A DNA stretch of 64,000 nucleotides from Solirubrobacterales bacterium (GCA_047605325.1 JASGFX010000002.1:39642-103641), one strand, 5' to 3'. Positions 12,965 to 24,592 are shown, counted from the first letter of the stretch. Notes: generated from the sequence alone by a model not told the origin. Program-made: numbers and translations.

Positions 12965-13384
12965 CTACTTGCACTCGCTCTCCGTCGCCGAAGCGAAGCT
13001 CTGGACCGACTTCACGACTGCGGATGCGTTCAGTGCGACGGCCGTGACCTGAGATGCCGTCGGAGTCGACGCGACCGCGGACACCGACGAAGTCAGCTGG
13101 TTCACCGACGACTCGACCGCGCTGGACTCGGTCGGGAAATCGCTCTTCGCAGAGCTCACGAGTGCCTTGGCGTTGTTCTCGATCGTTGTGATCTGGCTCT
13201 TGAGTCCGCTGACGCCCTTGTTGGTCGCCTGGCTCGGGAGATCCTTCACCGATGTCTGGAGTGTCGTGAGGTCCGAGCAATACTGTGGCTTGCCGCATCC
13301 GGTCAGGAATGCGACGGCCATAACGGCGGTGAGCGCAAGCAGCGCGAATTCTGCTGCGGAAGTCTTACGGATTGTGCGAATCAT
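12965..13384 (-). CDS. Putative lipoprotein, Ser/Thr/Ala-rich
   Basis: Signal peptide with lipobox LTGC; additional Cys residues near both ends of the mature protein. Confidence 0.7.
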   Translation of the reverse strand: MIRTIRKTSAAEFALLALTAVMAVAFLTGCGKPQYCSDLTTLQTSVKDLPSQATNKGVSGLKSQITTIENNAKALVSSAKSDFPTESSAVESSVNQLTSSVSAVASTPTASQVTAVALNASAVVKSVQSFASATESECK

Positions 13385-13387
13385 TAC

Positions 13388-13957
13388 TTATGCTCCTTGA
13401 AGGTCGTGTCGTACTTCTTTGAGGGCGCCGCGCAGCGTGAAGGCGGCATATATGTCAGCGATACCGCGCACGATCAGGACGATTCCGATGATCACGGCGA
13501 GCGTTGAAAGGCTCAGATCGGGCCAGACGAGGATCGCGATACCGGCCGCGAGGTCGATCACCGCGAGGATCAAGTTCACGCCGCGTCCGTAGCTGTCGCT
13601 GAATGCGAGAATCAAGCGCACGATTCCCGCCGCGACGAGCCAGATTCCGAAGATCATCACGAACACGACAAGCGCCGAGAACGGATGCTTGATCAGGATC
13701 AGGGCTGCGATCACGCTGAGCACGCCCATCGTGGCGAGCAGGCCGCGCCCCTCCCCCTTGCCGAAGATCGACGCGAGGACGGCGAGCAGGCCTTCGACGA
13801 GCAGCACGATTCCCGCGATCACCGTGAAGGTCGAGAGCGTCTCGTGCGGCGAGGCGACGAAAAAGACGCCGAATGCGAGCGAGATGAGACCGAGGATGAG
13901 CATGATCCACCACACGGTGTTGAAAGTCTTCAGTTGGTCTTCGACACTTGCTTCCAT
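13388..13957 (-). CDS. HdeD/DUF308 family membrane protein
   Basis: WW..LILGLISLAFG.....P repeated DUF308-like units; about 6 TM segments. Confidence 0.85.
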   Translation of the reverse strand: MEASVEDQLKTFNTVWWIMLILGLISLAFGVFFVASPHETLSTFTVIAGIVLLVEGLLAVLASIFGKGEGRGLLATMGVLSVIAALILIKHPFSALVVFVMIFGIWLVAAGIVRLILAFSDSYGRGVNLILAVIDLAAGIAILVWPDLSLSTLAVIIGIVLIVRGIADIYAAFTLRGALKEVRHDLQGA

Positions 13958-14017
13958 CGGGTGGGCCTCCAAAACGGGTGAATTGTCCGCAACATACCGG
14001 TCCCGCCGGTCATCCGC

Positions 14018-16372
14018 TCAGGCCTTGGCGCAATATGCCGCGAGGTGCTTGCCCGTCAGCGTCGATTTCTTCTTGATCAACTGGGCTGGCGTCCCCTCGA
14101 AGACGACTTCACCACCGTCGTGTCCGGCGCCGGGACCGACGTCGATGATCCAGTCGGCGTGAGCCATCACGGCCTGGTGGTGCGCGATCACGATCACCGA
14201 TTTGCCGGAATCGACGAGCTGGTCGAGCAGGCTGAGCAGTTGCTCGACATCGGCGAGATGCAGCCCCGTCGTCGGTTCGTCGAGGATGTAGACGTCGCCG
14301 TCCTCGGCCATGTGCACCGCGAGCTTCAGGCGTTGGCGTTCACCGCCGGACAGCGTGTTCAGTGGCTGGCCGATCGTCAGATATCCGAGTCCGACATCGC
14401 GCAGCCGCGCAAGGATTTTCTCGGCGGCCGGTGTCGCCGCGTCGCCCTCGCCGAAGAACTCGAGCGCGTCGTCGACCGACATCGCGAGGACCTCGGTGAT
14501 GTCAAGACCGTCGACCTTGAATTCGAGCACTGCCGCCTGAAAACCCTTGCCACCGCATTCTTCACATGTGGTCGCGACGGTCTCCATGAAGCTGAGTTCA
14601 GTGAGGATCTGTCCAGCACCGTTGCAGACCGGGCACGCGCCCTCCGAGTTCGAGCTGAACAGTGCCGGTTTGACGCCGTTGATCTTCCCGAACGTCTTGC
14701 GAATCGGCTCGAGCATGCCGGTGTATGTCGCCGGATTGCTGCGGCGCGAACCCTTGATCGCGCTCTGGTCGACCGACACGACGCCGTCGCGCTTTGCCAG
14801 CGAGCCGTGAATCAGTGAGCTCTTGCCAGATCCGGCGACGCCCGTGACCACGACCAGCGCGCCGGTCGGCACGTCGACGCTGACATTCTTCAGGTTGTTG
14901 GTCCTGGCCTTGCGGATCTCGAGCGCGCCGGTCGGCTCGCGAACGGCGGTCTTCGGAGCGGAGCGGTCCCCGAGGTGCTGTCCAGTCAACGTCTTGCTCT
15001 TGCGCAGGCCGGACACCGTTCCCTCGAAACAGATCTCTCCCCCATTTACGCCCGCGCGCGGACCGATGTCGATGATGTGCTCGGCGATCTCGATCGTTTC
15101 TGGCTTGTGCTCGACGACGAGCACGGTGTTGCCCTTTGCGCGCAACTCCACCAGCAGGTTGTTCATCCGCTCGATGTCGTGTGGGTGCAGACCCGTGGTC
15201 GGCTCATCGAACACATACGTCACGTCGGTGAGCGCCGATCCAAGGTGTCGCAGCATCTTGATGCGCTGCGCCTCACCCCCGGAAAGCGAACTCGATGCGC
15301 GATCCAATGACAGGTAGCCGAGCCCGATCGCGACGAAGGAGTCGAGCAGCTCCTGGAGGCCGGCGAGCAGCGGCGCCACGGACGGTTCGTTCAGGCCGCG
15401 CGTCCAATCGGCAAGGTCGCGCACCTCCATCGCGCAGGCGTCAGCGATGCTGATCTTTGCGATCTTCGACTTGCGCGCCGGTTCTGCAAGCCGCGTTCCG
15501 CCGCAAGCGGGACAGGCCGAGAAGGTCGCGGCGCGCTCGACGAAGGCGCGGATGTGCGGCTGCAGCTCGTCGGGATCCTTCGAGAAATATGCCTTCTGCA
15601 CACGTGGAACGAGACCGACGTAGGTGCCGTTGAAGTTCTCGAACTTGACCTTCGTCGGCTCCTTGTAGAGAAAGTCGTCCAGCTCCTTCTTGGTGAACTT
15701 GGCGATCGGCTTGTCGCCGTCGACGAATCCCGAACGCGAGTATCCCTTGACCATCCAGCCGTCCGCCTTGTAGCCGGGGATCTTGATCGCACCGTCATTG
15801 AGCGACTTCGTCTCGTCATAGAGCTCGGTCAGATCGATGTCTGAGACCGACCCCCTCCCCTCGCACGTCGGGCACATTCCGCCGACGCGATTGAAGGACA
15901 CGGCGACGGTCTTCTTGCTGCCCTTCTCGATCGTGATCCCGCCCTTCGCGCTGACCGAAGGGACATTGAACGAATAGGCGTTGGGAGAGCCGATCTGTGG
16001 TTTTCCCAGACGGCTGAACAGCAGCCGGAGCATCGCGTTGGCATCCGTGGCCGTGCCGACCGTGGAGCGCGCGTTGGCGGCCATCCGCTCCTGGTCGACG
16101 ACGATCGCGGTGGTGAGTCCTTCGAGTACGTCGACGTCGGGGCGGTCGAGAGTCGGCATGAAGCCTTGGACGAATGAGCTGTAGGTCTCGTTGATCAGAC
16201 GCTGTGATTCAGCTGCGATCGTGCCGAAGGCGAGCGAACTCTTGCCAGATCCCGATACACCCGTGAACACGGTCAGCTTCCGCTTGGGAATCTCGACGCT
16301 GACATCTTTGAGGTTGTTGGTTCTCGCGCCCTGGACGCGTATCGCTTCTCGCTGGGCTCCCTTGGCGCTCAT
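14018..16372 (-). CDS. UvrA-like ABC ATPase (class II/DrrC-like, short form)
   Basis: Two Walker A motifs (GVSGSGKSS, GVAGSGKSS), LSGGE signatures and CxxC zinc motifs; 784 aa, shorter than canonical UvrA. Confidence 0.9.
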   Translation of the reverse strand: MSAKGAQREAIRVQGARTNNLKDVSVEIPKRKLTVFTGVSGSGKSSLAFGTIAAESQRLINETYSSFVQGFMPTLDRPDVDVLEGLTTAIVVDQERMAANARSTVGTATDANAMLRLLFSRLGKPQIGSPNAYSFNVPSVSAKGGITIEKGSKKTVAVSFNRVGGMCPTCEGRGSVSDIDLTELYDETKSLNDGAIKIPGYKADGWMVKGYSRSGFVDGDKPIAKFTKKELDDFLYKEPTKVKFENFNGTYVGLVPRVQKAYFSKDPDELQPHIRAFVERAATFSACPACGGTRLAEPARKSKIAKISIADACAMEVRDLADWTRGLNEPSVAPLLAGLQELLDSFVAIGLGYLSLDRASSSLSGGEAQRIKMLRHLGSALTDVTYVFDEPTTGLHPHDIERMNNLLVELRAKGNTVLVVEHKPETIEIAEHIIDIGPRAGVNGGEICFEGTVSGLRKSKTLTGQHLGDRSAPKTAVREPTGALEIRKARTNNLKNVSVDVPTGALVVVTGVAGSGKSSLIHGSLAKRDGVVSVDQSAIKGSRRSNPATYTGMLEPIRKTFGKINGVKPALFSSNSEGACPVCNGAGQILTELSFMETVATTCEECGGKGFQAAVLEFKVDGLDITEVLAMSVDDALEFFGEGDAATPAAEKILARLRDVGLGYLTIGQPLNTLSGGERQRLKLAVHMAEDGDVYILDEPTTGLHLADVEQLLSLLDQLVDSGKSVIVIAHHQAVMAHADWIIDVGPGAGHDGGEVVFEGTPAQLIKKKSTLTGKHLAAYCAKA

Positions 16373-16427
16373 GGGGCGTCACTGTAATTGGAGCCGCCGA
16401 CCGCGCGTGAACATACGATGGGCCCGG

Positions 16428-17120
16428 ATGCCGGGAGAGCGCCAATCACGCGGAGACCGCTACGCCGGGGTCGATTTCGACCCGAACCGCGTAGCGACCT
16501 TCAACGACGCAGTGATCGCGATCGTGATCACGCTTCTGGTGCTCGACCTGAGTCCGGAGATCGCCAACGGAGCGACCAGCGCGGAGGTCTGGGATGCGCT
16601 CAAGGACCTGATCCCGAATTTCATCGCCTACGCGTTTTCGTTCTGGCTGATCTCGCGATTCTGGATCTCGAACTTCTTCTTTTTCAATGCGATCAAGACG
16701 ATCGACATCCGCACCGTCCGGATGAACGTCTTCTTCCTCTTCACGATCGCGCTTCTCCCCTTCCCGACGGCCGTGCTGGCCAAGAGTCATGTCGCCGAAT
16801 CGGCGGTCATCTTCTATGCGCTCGTGCTGACGATGGCGTCGGGGGCGCAGGCGGCGCTCTGGTGGAGGCTCGAGAGCCCCGAGGTCCGCAGCGACGAGAC
16901 CTACGGGGTTCTCGTACGCGTGAGAACGCTCCAATACCTGTTCTGCTCGGTCATCTTTCTCATCTCTATCCCCGTCGCGCTGCTCAACGTCTACGCCGCG
17001 ATGACGATCTGGGTCCTTTTCGGATTCTCACGGCTGTTCTCGGAATTCTCAACTGAAAACTCGGCCTGGGCCGAACGCATACTCGAGCGCCACGAACAGC
17101 GCCAGAAGGAGCACAACTGA
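16428..17120 (+). CDS. TMEM175 family (DUF1211) K+ channel-like protein, copy 1
   Basis: RVATFNDAVIAIVITLLVL, AYAFSFWLISRFW and LLPFPTA. Confidence 0.85.
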   Translation: MPGERQSRGDRYAGVDFDPNRVATFNDAVIAIVITLLVLDLSPEIANGATSAEVWDALKDLIPNFIAYAFSFWLISRFWISNFFFFNAIKTIDIRTVRMNVFFLFTIALLPFPTAVLAKSHVAESAVIFYALVLTMASGAQAALWWRLESPEVRSDETYGVLVRVRTLQYLFCSVIFLISIPVALLNVYAAMTIWVLFGFSRLFSEFSTENSAWAERILERHEQRQKEHN

Positions 17121-18283
17121 TGCCGAACTACGGCGACTTCCAGCTGGAGATCTATCTCGGCGGACTCACCGGGCAGACGCCAGACCACCCGATGACCTAT
17201 GACGAACTCGAGCGCCGCGCCGAGGAGGCGCTCTCGACCGAGATCTTCTCGTACGTCGCCGGAGGCGCCGGCAACGAGCACACCCAACGCGCGAACGTCT
17301 CGGCCTTCGACGGCTACGCGCTGATGCCACGGATGCTCAGCGGCGCCGCCGAGCGCGACCTCTCCGTCGAGCTGTTCGGACTCGAGCTCCCGACTCCGCT
17401 GCTGTTCGCGCCGGTCGGAGTGATCGGACTCTGCGACACCGACGGACACGGCGACCAGGTGACTGCGCGTGCGTCTGCCGCAACCGGCGTACCGATGATC
17501 GCCTCCACGCTGACGATGGACCCGATGGAGGACGTCGCACCGCTCGCCGGCGAGACTCCCGGCTTCTTCCAGCTTTACACCCCGGCCGATCGCGAGCTGG
17601 CGGCGAGCTTCGTGAAGCGCGCTGAAATCGCCGGCTACAAGGGCATCGTGGTCACGCTCGACACACAGATTCTCGGCTGGCGGCCGCGCGATCTCGCGCT
17701 GGCATCGTTCCCCCAGCTGAAGGGTCAATGTCTCGAGAACTACTTCTCCGATCCGGTCTTCACGGACAAACTCGACAAGTCGCCAGAAGAGGATCCGATC
17801 GCCGCGGCGATCGCCTGGGCGCTCGGATTCTCCGACGCCGGCCTCTCGTGGGACGATCTCGAATGGCTTCGTTCACTCACAGACCTGCCGCTGCTGCTCA
17901 AGGGCATCTGTTCGACCGACGACGTACGAAAGGCTGTTGACGGCGGCGTGGACGGTATCTACTGCTCGAACCACGGCGGGCGGCAGGCCAATGGCGGACT
18001 TGCAGCGATCGACATCCTGCCTGAAGTGGTCGAGGCCGCGGGTGACGTCCCGGTGATCTTCGACTCGGGCGTCCGCTCCGGGGAGCATGTCGTGAAGGCT
18101 CTGGCGCTCGGTGCCCGAGCCGTGGCGATCGGCCGTCCGTACGCCTACGCCCTGGCCGCCGGCGGCGAGGCCGGGATAGTCCATCTCGTCCGCTCGCTCC
18201 TGGCCGAAACGGATCTGCTGATGGCGGTCGACGGCTACAAGTCGATCGCGGAACTCACCCCCGCGGCGATCCGGCGCGTCTGA
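17120..18283 (+). CDS. FMN-dependent alpha-hydroxy acid oxidase (lactate 2-monooxygenase-like)
   Basis: YVAGGAG, APVGV, TLDT..LGWRPRDL, SNHGGRQ, DSGVRSG and GRPYAY. Confidence 0.92.
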   Translation: MPNYGDFQLEIYLGGLTGQTPDHPMTYDELERRAEEALSTEIFSYVAGGAGNEHTQRANVSAFDGYALMPRMLSGAAERDLSVELFGLELPTPLLFAPVGVIGLCDTDGHGDQVTARASAATGVPMIASTLTMDPMEDVAPLAGETPGFFQLYTPADRELAASFVKRAEIAGYKGIVVTLDTQILGWRPRDLALASFPQLKGQCLENYFSDPVFTDKLDKSPEEDPIAAAIAWALGFSDAGLSWDDLEWLRSLTDLPLLLKGICSTDDVRKAVDGGVDGIYCSNHGGRQANGGLAAIDILPEVVEAAGDVPVIFDSGVRSGEHVVKALALGARAVAIGRPYAYALAAGGEAGIVHLVRSLLAETDLLMAVDGYKSIAELTPAAIRRV

Positions 18284-18289
18284 CGCCGG

Positions 18290-18307
18290 ATCGCGCGGGA
18301 GCGCGAT
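18290..18307. terminator. Possible short bidirectional hairpin between convergent genes
   Basis: ATCGCGC-GGGA-GCGCGAT inverted repeat in the 24-bp gap; no U-tract. Confidence 0.35.
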
Positions 18308-18685
18308 TCAGGCCGGCTGCGGCTTGAGCAGTTCGTAGAGGATCACTACCGACAGGATGAACGCGCAGAGCGACCAGAACGGAGCGGCGTTGATCGTGAC
18401 GAGGTAGGCGATCGCGTTGAGTCCGGCGGCGACGACACCGACGAATCGGCCCCATCCACCTCCGCCCAGCAGCGAGGCCCCGGCGGTCAGCTGGATGACC
18501 CCGATCACCAGGATGATCCATCCGTAGGTGTTCAGGTCTGTCGCGATCAGCGTCACGTTCTCGGTGAAGAAGCGTGAATCGCCGAGCGCTGCGATTCCGT
18601 AGATGACATTTGCGACTCCGGCGATGAGCAGCAACACCGCTGCGAATACCCACCAACCAGACACGCGGTCGATATCTGAACTCAT
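18308..18685 (-). CDS. Four-helix actinobacterial membrane protein (DUF7144-like)
   Basis: GW.VFAAVLLLIAG..N.IYGIAAL...GWIILVIG; AAGGGAG SD before the ATG. Confidence 0.75.
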   Translation of the reverse strand: MSSDIDRVSGWWVFAAVLLLIAGVANVIYGIAALGDSRFFTENVTLIATDLNTYGWIILVIGVIQLTAGASLLGGGGWGRFVGVVAAGLNAIAYLVTINAAPFWSLCAFILSVVILYELLKPQPA

Positions 18686-18777
18686 TTCGACTCCCTTGGG
18701 TGAATGGTGCCTAAGATGTGCTTTTCGGCACAAACGACGCCGATTCCTGCCGCCGGGCCTGTCGCAACGATCTGTTC

Positions 18778-19366
18778 ATGGGAACCGCGCGCGGCGCCGA
18801 CCGGCTCGTCACCTTCAACGACGCGATCGTCGCCATCGCGATCACGTTGCTGATTCTTCCGCTCGTGGACGCTGCGTCGGAAATCGGATCGACGCCGGTC
18901 GGGGACTTCCTCAAGGACAACCAACAGCAGTTCGTCGCGTTCTTTGTCAGCTGGATCGTGATCGCGACTTTCTGGCGCATCCAGCATTCGATGCTCGAGG
19001 TTCTCGAGGGCTACACCGAGGCGCTTCGAAACGTGATGCTGGTCTGGATGCTCGCGATCGTGTTCCTGCCGTTTCCGACCGCGTTGATCGCGTCTGTCGA
19101 GCACGGATCGGTTGCCGCGAACGCGATCTACATCGGCACCATGCTCGTGGCCTCGCTTGCGATGCTGGGTGAGCGCTGGATCATCAACTCACACCCCGAA
19201 CTTGCCGGCAAATCGCAGCAAGCCGAAGCTGCGCGACTCGCGGGAGCCCAAACACCGGCCCTTTTCGCGCTCGCGCTCTTGATCGCCGTTGTGTTTCCCA
19301 GCGTCGGGCTGTGGTCGCTGTTCGTGCTCTTCCTCGATCCACTGATCGAGCGCTTCATCCCCGCGT

Positions 19367-19377
<11 letters not shown>
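18778..19377 (+). CDS. TMEM175 family protein, copy 2
   Basis: [35 protein letters not shown] and FLPFPTA. Confidence 0.85.
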
Positions 19378-20347
<970 letters not shown>

Positions 20348-20413
20348 GGACTGCAGCCTAGGTCGCCGGGGTCGCGGCGCGATCACTCCCGAAATCTGTA
20401 ATCTGAATTCACC

Positions 20414-21262
20414 ATGTGCCGAGTGTTCGGAGCGGTTGCAGCGGATCCCATCTCGATCCGCCACGAGCTGGTCGAGTCGACCAACCCGATGATCCGTCTG
20501 TCCGAGAGTCACGACTCCGGCTGGGGTATCGCCGCTTATCGAGACGTCGGCCTGGAGGCAGCGCATTCCGAGCGATTCGCGCTCGCGGCTCACTCTGACA
20601 ATCGCTTCGACGCGGCCACCGAACTGCGCGGGAGGCTGTTCAACGTTCACGTGCGACGCGCGACGCTCGGAGGTCTTTCCGATGAGAACACGCACCCGTT
20701 CGAGTACGGGCCCTACACCTTCGCCCACAACGGCACGATCCTCGGATTTCGCAACCTGCTGCGCCCGGCGATGGGTCTCCCCCGTGGACAGACCGACTCA
20801 GAGTGCTTCTTCATGCGGCTGATGCACGACTTCAACCCAGTCGATCCGGTCAGGTCGCTGCGCAGCACCGTCGCGGCGATCGTCGCGGGACACACATTCT
20901 CGGGCCTGAATTTCGTGTTCAGCGATGGGATCAAGCTCTACGCGTACAAGCTTGGGATCTTCGAGCTGTGGTGGACGACCCGTCGCGGGGTCGCAATGGT
21001 CGCGAGTGAGTCGCTGACCGACGAACGCTGGCACGCCGTACAGCAGGACGTCCTGCTCACGCTCGATCCCGAGCATCCAGAAGAGGTGATCTCCGAGCGT
21101 CTGCTGGGCGACCACATGCTCGGTGTTGCGCGCATGGAGAAGCTCGAACCAGACGCCTCTCTGCGCGGCGCCGAGCGCGGCGAATGGGCCGCGAACTTCG
21201 CCGAACAGTTCGCCGCACGCGCCACACGGCCCGTCTCGGACGCTGCAAGCGTTTCTGTGTGA
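20414..21262 (+). CDS. Class II (Ntn) glutamine amidotransferase-like protein (YafJ/EgtC-like)
   Basis: N-terminal M-C-R nucleophile, DSGWGIA, HVRRAT, NTHPF, HNGTI and GQTDSE. Confidence 0.88.
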   Translation: MCRVFGAVAADPISIRHELVESTNPMIRLSESHDSGWGIAAYRDVGLEAAHSERFALAAHSDNRFDAATELRGRLFNVHVRRATLGGLSDENTHPFEYGPYTFAHNGTILGFRNLLRPAMGLPRGQTDSECFFMRLMHDFNPVDPVRSLRSTVAAIVAGHTFSGLNFVFSDGIKLYAYKLGIFELWWTTRRGVAMVASESLTDERWHAVQQDVLLTLDPEHPEEVISERLLGDHMLGVARMEKLEPDASLRGAERGEWAANFAEQFAARATRPVSDAASVSV

Positions 21263-21300
21263 TCTGAGCCGCCGGTCCGAGCCGCGATAATCAGCGGCTC

Positions 21301-22686
21301 ATGGAATCTGTTTCTCGGTTGAAGCTCGGCGTCGCCAAGGGCGTGGGCGCTGCGAGTCGCGTCAGCGGACGCGGCGGAGGCACGTCGCTGCCCGGCAAGG
21401 TGTTGCTCCGCCTGCAGCCCGACGCGATCGAGCGCCTCTCCAGCGGCCTCGAGCGCGGGTCAGTCGTGATCTCGGCCACCAACGGCAAGACGACGACCGC
21501 CTCCCTGCTTGCGAGTGTGCTCACACGGTCGAAGATTTCGGTCGTGCACAACAAGGCCGGGGCGAACATGGCGGGCGGCATTGCCACGTCGCTGCTCGAA
21601 GCTTCAAGGGCCGGGCGCGTCGATCAGCAGCTCGGGCTCTTTGAGGTCGACGAGGCGTGGACCGCGCGAATCGTCGAGGAGGTCCAGCCGCGTGTACTGG
21701 TGCTGGCGAACCTCTTCCGCGATCAACTCGACCGCTATGGCGAACTCGAGACGCTCGCCGACTCGTGGCAAGAGATGATCGCCAGGCTCCCGGCCTCCAC
21801 GCGCGTTGTCCTGAACGCCGACGATCCGCTGCTCGCCGGCCTTGGGCGCGGGCGTGAGAACACCGTGTACTTCGGGCTGGAAGATCGCTCGCAGGCCGAA
21901 GAGCAGCCGCGCCACGCCGCCGATTCGAAGTTCTGCCGGATTTGCGGCGCGCCGCTCGAGTACGAAGCGGTCCAGCTCGGCCACCTCGGCATCTACCGCT
22001 GTCCGAATGGCGATTTTCAGCGCCCGACCCCGCAGGTGTCCGCGACGGCCATCACTTCGCACGGAATGGACGGCAGCGAGATCACGATTTCGACTCCGGA
22101 CGGAGAGATCCAAGCCGAGTTGCCGATCCCGGGTCTCTACAACGTCTACAACGCGGTGGCAGCAACCGCGGCAGCCCTCTCGCTCGACCTGACCCCCGGA
22201 GCGATCGCCGGAGGACTGGCCCAGGCCCGCGCGGTGTTCGGTCGCGTCGAGACGCTGCAGATCGCCGGGCAGTCGGTCGCGATCCTGCTGATCAAGAATC
22301 CGACCGGCGCCAATGAAGTGCTGCGCACGATCGCCGAGGAATCCCCGCCGTTCGACATCTGGATCGCGCTCAACGACAAGATCGCCGACGGCCGAGACAT
22401 CTCGTGGGTCTGGGACGCCGACTTCGAGATGCTTGCGGGAAACGTCCGCAAGGTCACGTGCTCCGGCACTCGCGCAGAAGAGATGGCGCTGCGTCTGGCC
22501 TACGCGGGTGTCGAGCGCTCCCGCATCGAGATCGACGGAGCGATCGAGCGCTCGTTCGATGCGGCGGTGGCCAGCTCCGTGGGAGCCGCTGTCCCGATCT
22601 TCGCCCTGCCCACCTACACCGCGCTGCTCGAGCTGCGCACAGCGATCGCAAAACGTGGCGACGCCCCGACCTATTGGGGAGGCTGA
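21301..22686 (+). CDS. murT: Lipid II isoglutaminyl synthase subunit MurT
   Basis: GGGTSLPGK, TNGKTTT, EVDE, NLFRDQLDRYGE, KNPTG, DGRDISWVWD (DUF1727) and TYTALL. Confidence 0.93.
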   Translation: MESVSRLKLGVAKGVGAASRVSGRGGGTSLPGKVLLRLQPDAIERLSSGLERGSVVISATNGKTTTASLLASVLTRSKISVVHNKAGANMAGGIATSLLEASRAGRVDQQLGLFEVDEAWTARIVEEVQPRVLVLANLFRDQLDRYGELETLADSWQEMIARLPASTRVVLNADDPLLAGLGRGRENTVYFGLEDRSQAEEQPRHAADSKFCRICGAPLEYEAVQLGHLGIYRCPNGDFQRPTPQVSATAITSHGMDGSEITISTPDGEIQAELPIPGLYNVYNAVAATAAALSLDLTPGAIAGGLAQARAVFGRVETLQIAGQSVAILLIKNPTGANEVLRTIAEESPPFDIWIALNDKIADGRDISWVWDADFEMLAGNVRKVTCSGTRAEEMALRLAYAGVERSRIEIDGAIERSFDAAVASSVGAAVPIFALPTYTALLELRTAIAKRGDAPTYWGG

Positions 22687-23417
22687 TGGCCGGCGAGCAC
22701 ACACTCCGAGTCTGCGCGCTCTACCCCTCGCGCATGAACATCTACGCCGACCGCGGAAACATGCTGATGCTCCAGCGGCGTTGCGAGGCTCGCGGAATCG
22801 GCTTCGAGTTGACCGCCGCGGAGGCCGGCGACGAGATCGACTTCGCGGCGCACGACTTGTTCTACATCGGGGGCGGCCAGGATTCCGACCAACGGCAGAT
22901 CGCTGCCGACATGCGCGAGACGAAACGGGCAGCTCTCGCGCAGGCAGCCGAGGACGACAAAGTCATCCTTGCGGTCTGCGGCGGATACCAGTTGCTCGGC
23001 GACTACTACGAGCTGGGAGACGATCGCGTCGATGGTCTCGGAATCGTCGACCTGCGCACCGTACGCGAGCCCGGCGAACGACTGATCGGAAACGTGATGA
23101 TCGAATTCGAAATCGACGGCATGCGGCGCGTGCTCGCAGGCTTCGAGAACCACGGCGGCCGCACCTATCTCGGCTCGTGCGAACCCCTCGGACGCGTGCT
23201 CAAGGGGTTCGGCAACAACGGCAGAGACGGATTCGAGGGCGTGCGCGAACGGAACATCTTCGGTACCTACCTCCACGGCCCGCTGCTTCCGAAGAACGCT
23301 TGGTTCGCCGACTATCTCACTCGTCTCGCGCTGGGCGGAATCGATCTCAGACCGCTCGACGACGATCTCGAAGACCTCGCTCACGCAAGTGCGGTACGAG
23401 CGGCCGGCGGCAAATGA
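22686..23417 (+). CDS. gatD: Lipid II isoglutaminyl synthase subunit GatD (CobQ-like glutaminase)
   Basis: LYP..MNIYADRGN, GGGQD, VCGGYQLLG, GFENHGG and TYLHGPLLPKN; TGATG overlap with murT. Confidence 0.93.
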   Translation: MAGEHTLRVCALYPSRMNIYADRGNMLMLQRRCEARGIGFELTAAEAGDEIDFAAHDLFYIGGGQDSDQRQIAADMRETKRAALAQAAEDDKVILAVCGGYQLLGDYYELGDDRVDGLGIVDLRTVREPGERLIGNVMIEFEIDGMRRVLAGFENHGGRTYLGSCEPLGRVLKGFGNNGRDGFEGVRERNIFGTYLHGPLLPKNAWFADYLTRLALGGIDLRPLDDDLEDLAHASAVRAAGGK

Positions 23418-24592
23418 TCGTACCCCTCGCATCTGGCACAGACTCGGTATCGAACGCGCTCCTCAGCCTGTTTCTCCTGCTGCTGGCGGCCAAACTCGGT
23501 GAGGAGGTCTGCCGCCGCATCGGCCAGCCGGTGGTGATCGGCGAAATCCTCGCCGGCGTGCTCGTCGGGCCCTCCGTGCTGGGCTGGGTCGCGATCGACG
23601 ATGTCATTCAGGTGTTCGCTGAACTCGGCGTGATCTTCCTGCTGTTCTGGGTCGGCCTCGAGTCGAAACTCGGCGACATCCGGAACGTCGGGCGGCCTGC
23701 GGCACTGGTCGGAACTTTCGGCGTGGTCATCCCTGTGGCGCTCGGGATCGGCTGCGCGTTCGCGCTCGGGTCGTCAACGGCCACGGCGGTGTTCATCGGA
23801 GCGGCGCTTGCAGCGACAAGCGTCGGGATCACTTCGGCGATCCTGCTTGAGCTGGGCCTGCAGAGCGGTCCGGCCGGCCGCACGATCCTCGGCGCGGCGG
23901 TGATCGATGACATCCTCGCTCTGATCGTCCTGGCGATCGCCACAGGAATCGCAAGCGACGACGGCATCAGCGTGTCCGAGATCGTCGTGCTGATCGTGCT
24001 TTCGGTCGCATTCCTCGCGTTCTTCGGCCTCGGCGGCCAGAAGCTGCTGAGCGCACGTCCAGCGATGCTCGAAGCGCCGCGTTTCGCGGACTCCCCCCTA
24101 CTGCCGGCGGTGCTGATCTGCCTCGGCCTTGCGGTGCTCGCCGCCGAGATCGGGCTGGCCGCGGTGATCGGTGCTTTCCTTGCCGGCATGATCGTCGCCG
24201 AGACCCGCGATCACAACAACATCCAGGATGAAGTCGCCCCGCTATACGCCTTCTTCGCGCCATTCTTCTTCGCGTCGATCGGCGCGCAGTTGGTTCTCTC
24301 GGAGCTGGGTGACGGCGAGGCCCTCCTGCTCCTGACGGGCATCACCATGCTCGCGGTCCTGACGAAGTACGTCGGATCATGGATCGGCGCGCGCTCGCTT
24401 TCCGCGCGTGATCGCCGAATCGTCAGCGTCGGAATGATTCCGCGCGGCGAAGTCGGCGTGATCGTCGCCGGACTCGGCTACGCGAAGGGCGCGATCGACG
24501 CAGAGATCTTTGCGGTGGTCGTCGCGATGGCTGTGCTGACGACGCTGATCGCGCCGTACCTGATCCGTGCGGCGGCGCGCTCAGGCACCTGA
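23414..24592 (+). CDS. Cation:proton antiporter (CPA2 family)
   Basis: GEILAGVLVGPS, ATSVGIT, AAVIDDI and GMIPRGEV; ATGA overlap with gatD. Confidence 0.9.
   Translation: MIVPLASGTDSVSNALLSLFLLLLAAKLGEEVCRRIGQPVVIGEILAGVLVGPSVLGWVAIDDVIQVFAELGVIFLLFWVGLESKLGDIRNVGRPAALVGTFGVVIPVALGIGCAFALGSSTATAVFIGAALAATSVGITSAILLELGLQSGPAGRTILGAAVIDDILALIVLAIATGIASDDGISVSEIVVLIVLSVAFLAFFGLGGQKLLSARPAMLEAPRFADSPLLPAVLICLGLAVLAAEIGLAAVIGAFLAGMIVAETRDHNNIQDEVAPLYAFFAPFFFASIGAQLVLSELGDGEALLLLTGITMLAVLTKYVGSWIGARSLSARDRRIVSVGMIPRGEVGVIVAGLGYAKGAIDAEIFAVVVAMAVLTTLIAPYLIRAAARSGT

Noticed and set aside
14018-16372. Calling this the canonical uvrA
   Set aside because: It is too short, appears to lack the UvrB-binding insertion, and has no adjacent uvrB or visible SOS box; it fits the class II/DrrC-like paralogues.
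22313-23413. 759-aa ORF 22313-24592 as a fusion protein
   Set aside because: The N-terminal half is an Arg-rich shadow frame over murT/gatD; the real antiporter starts at ATG 23414.
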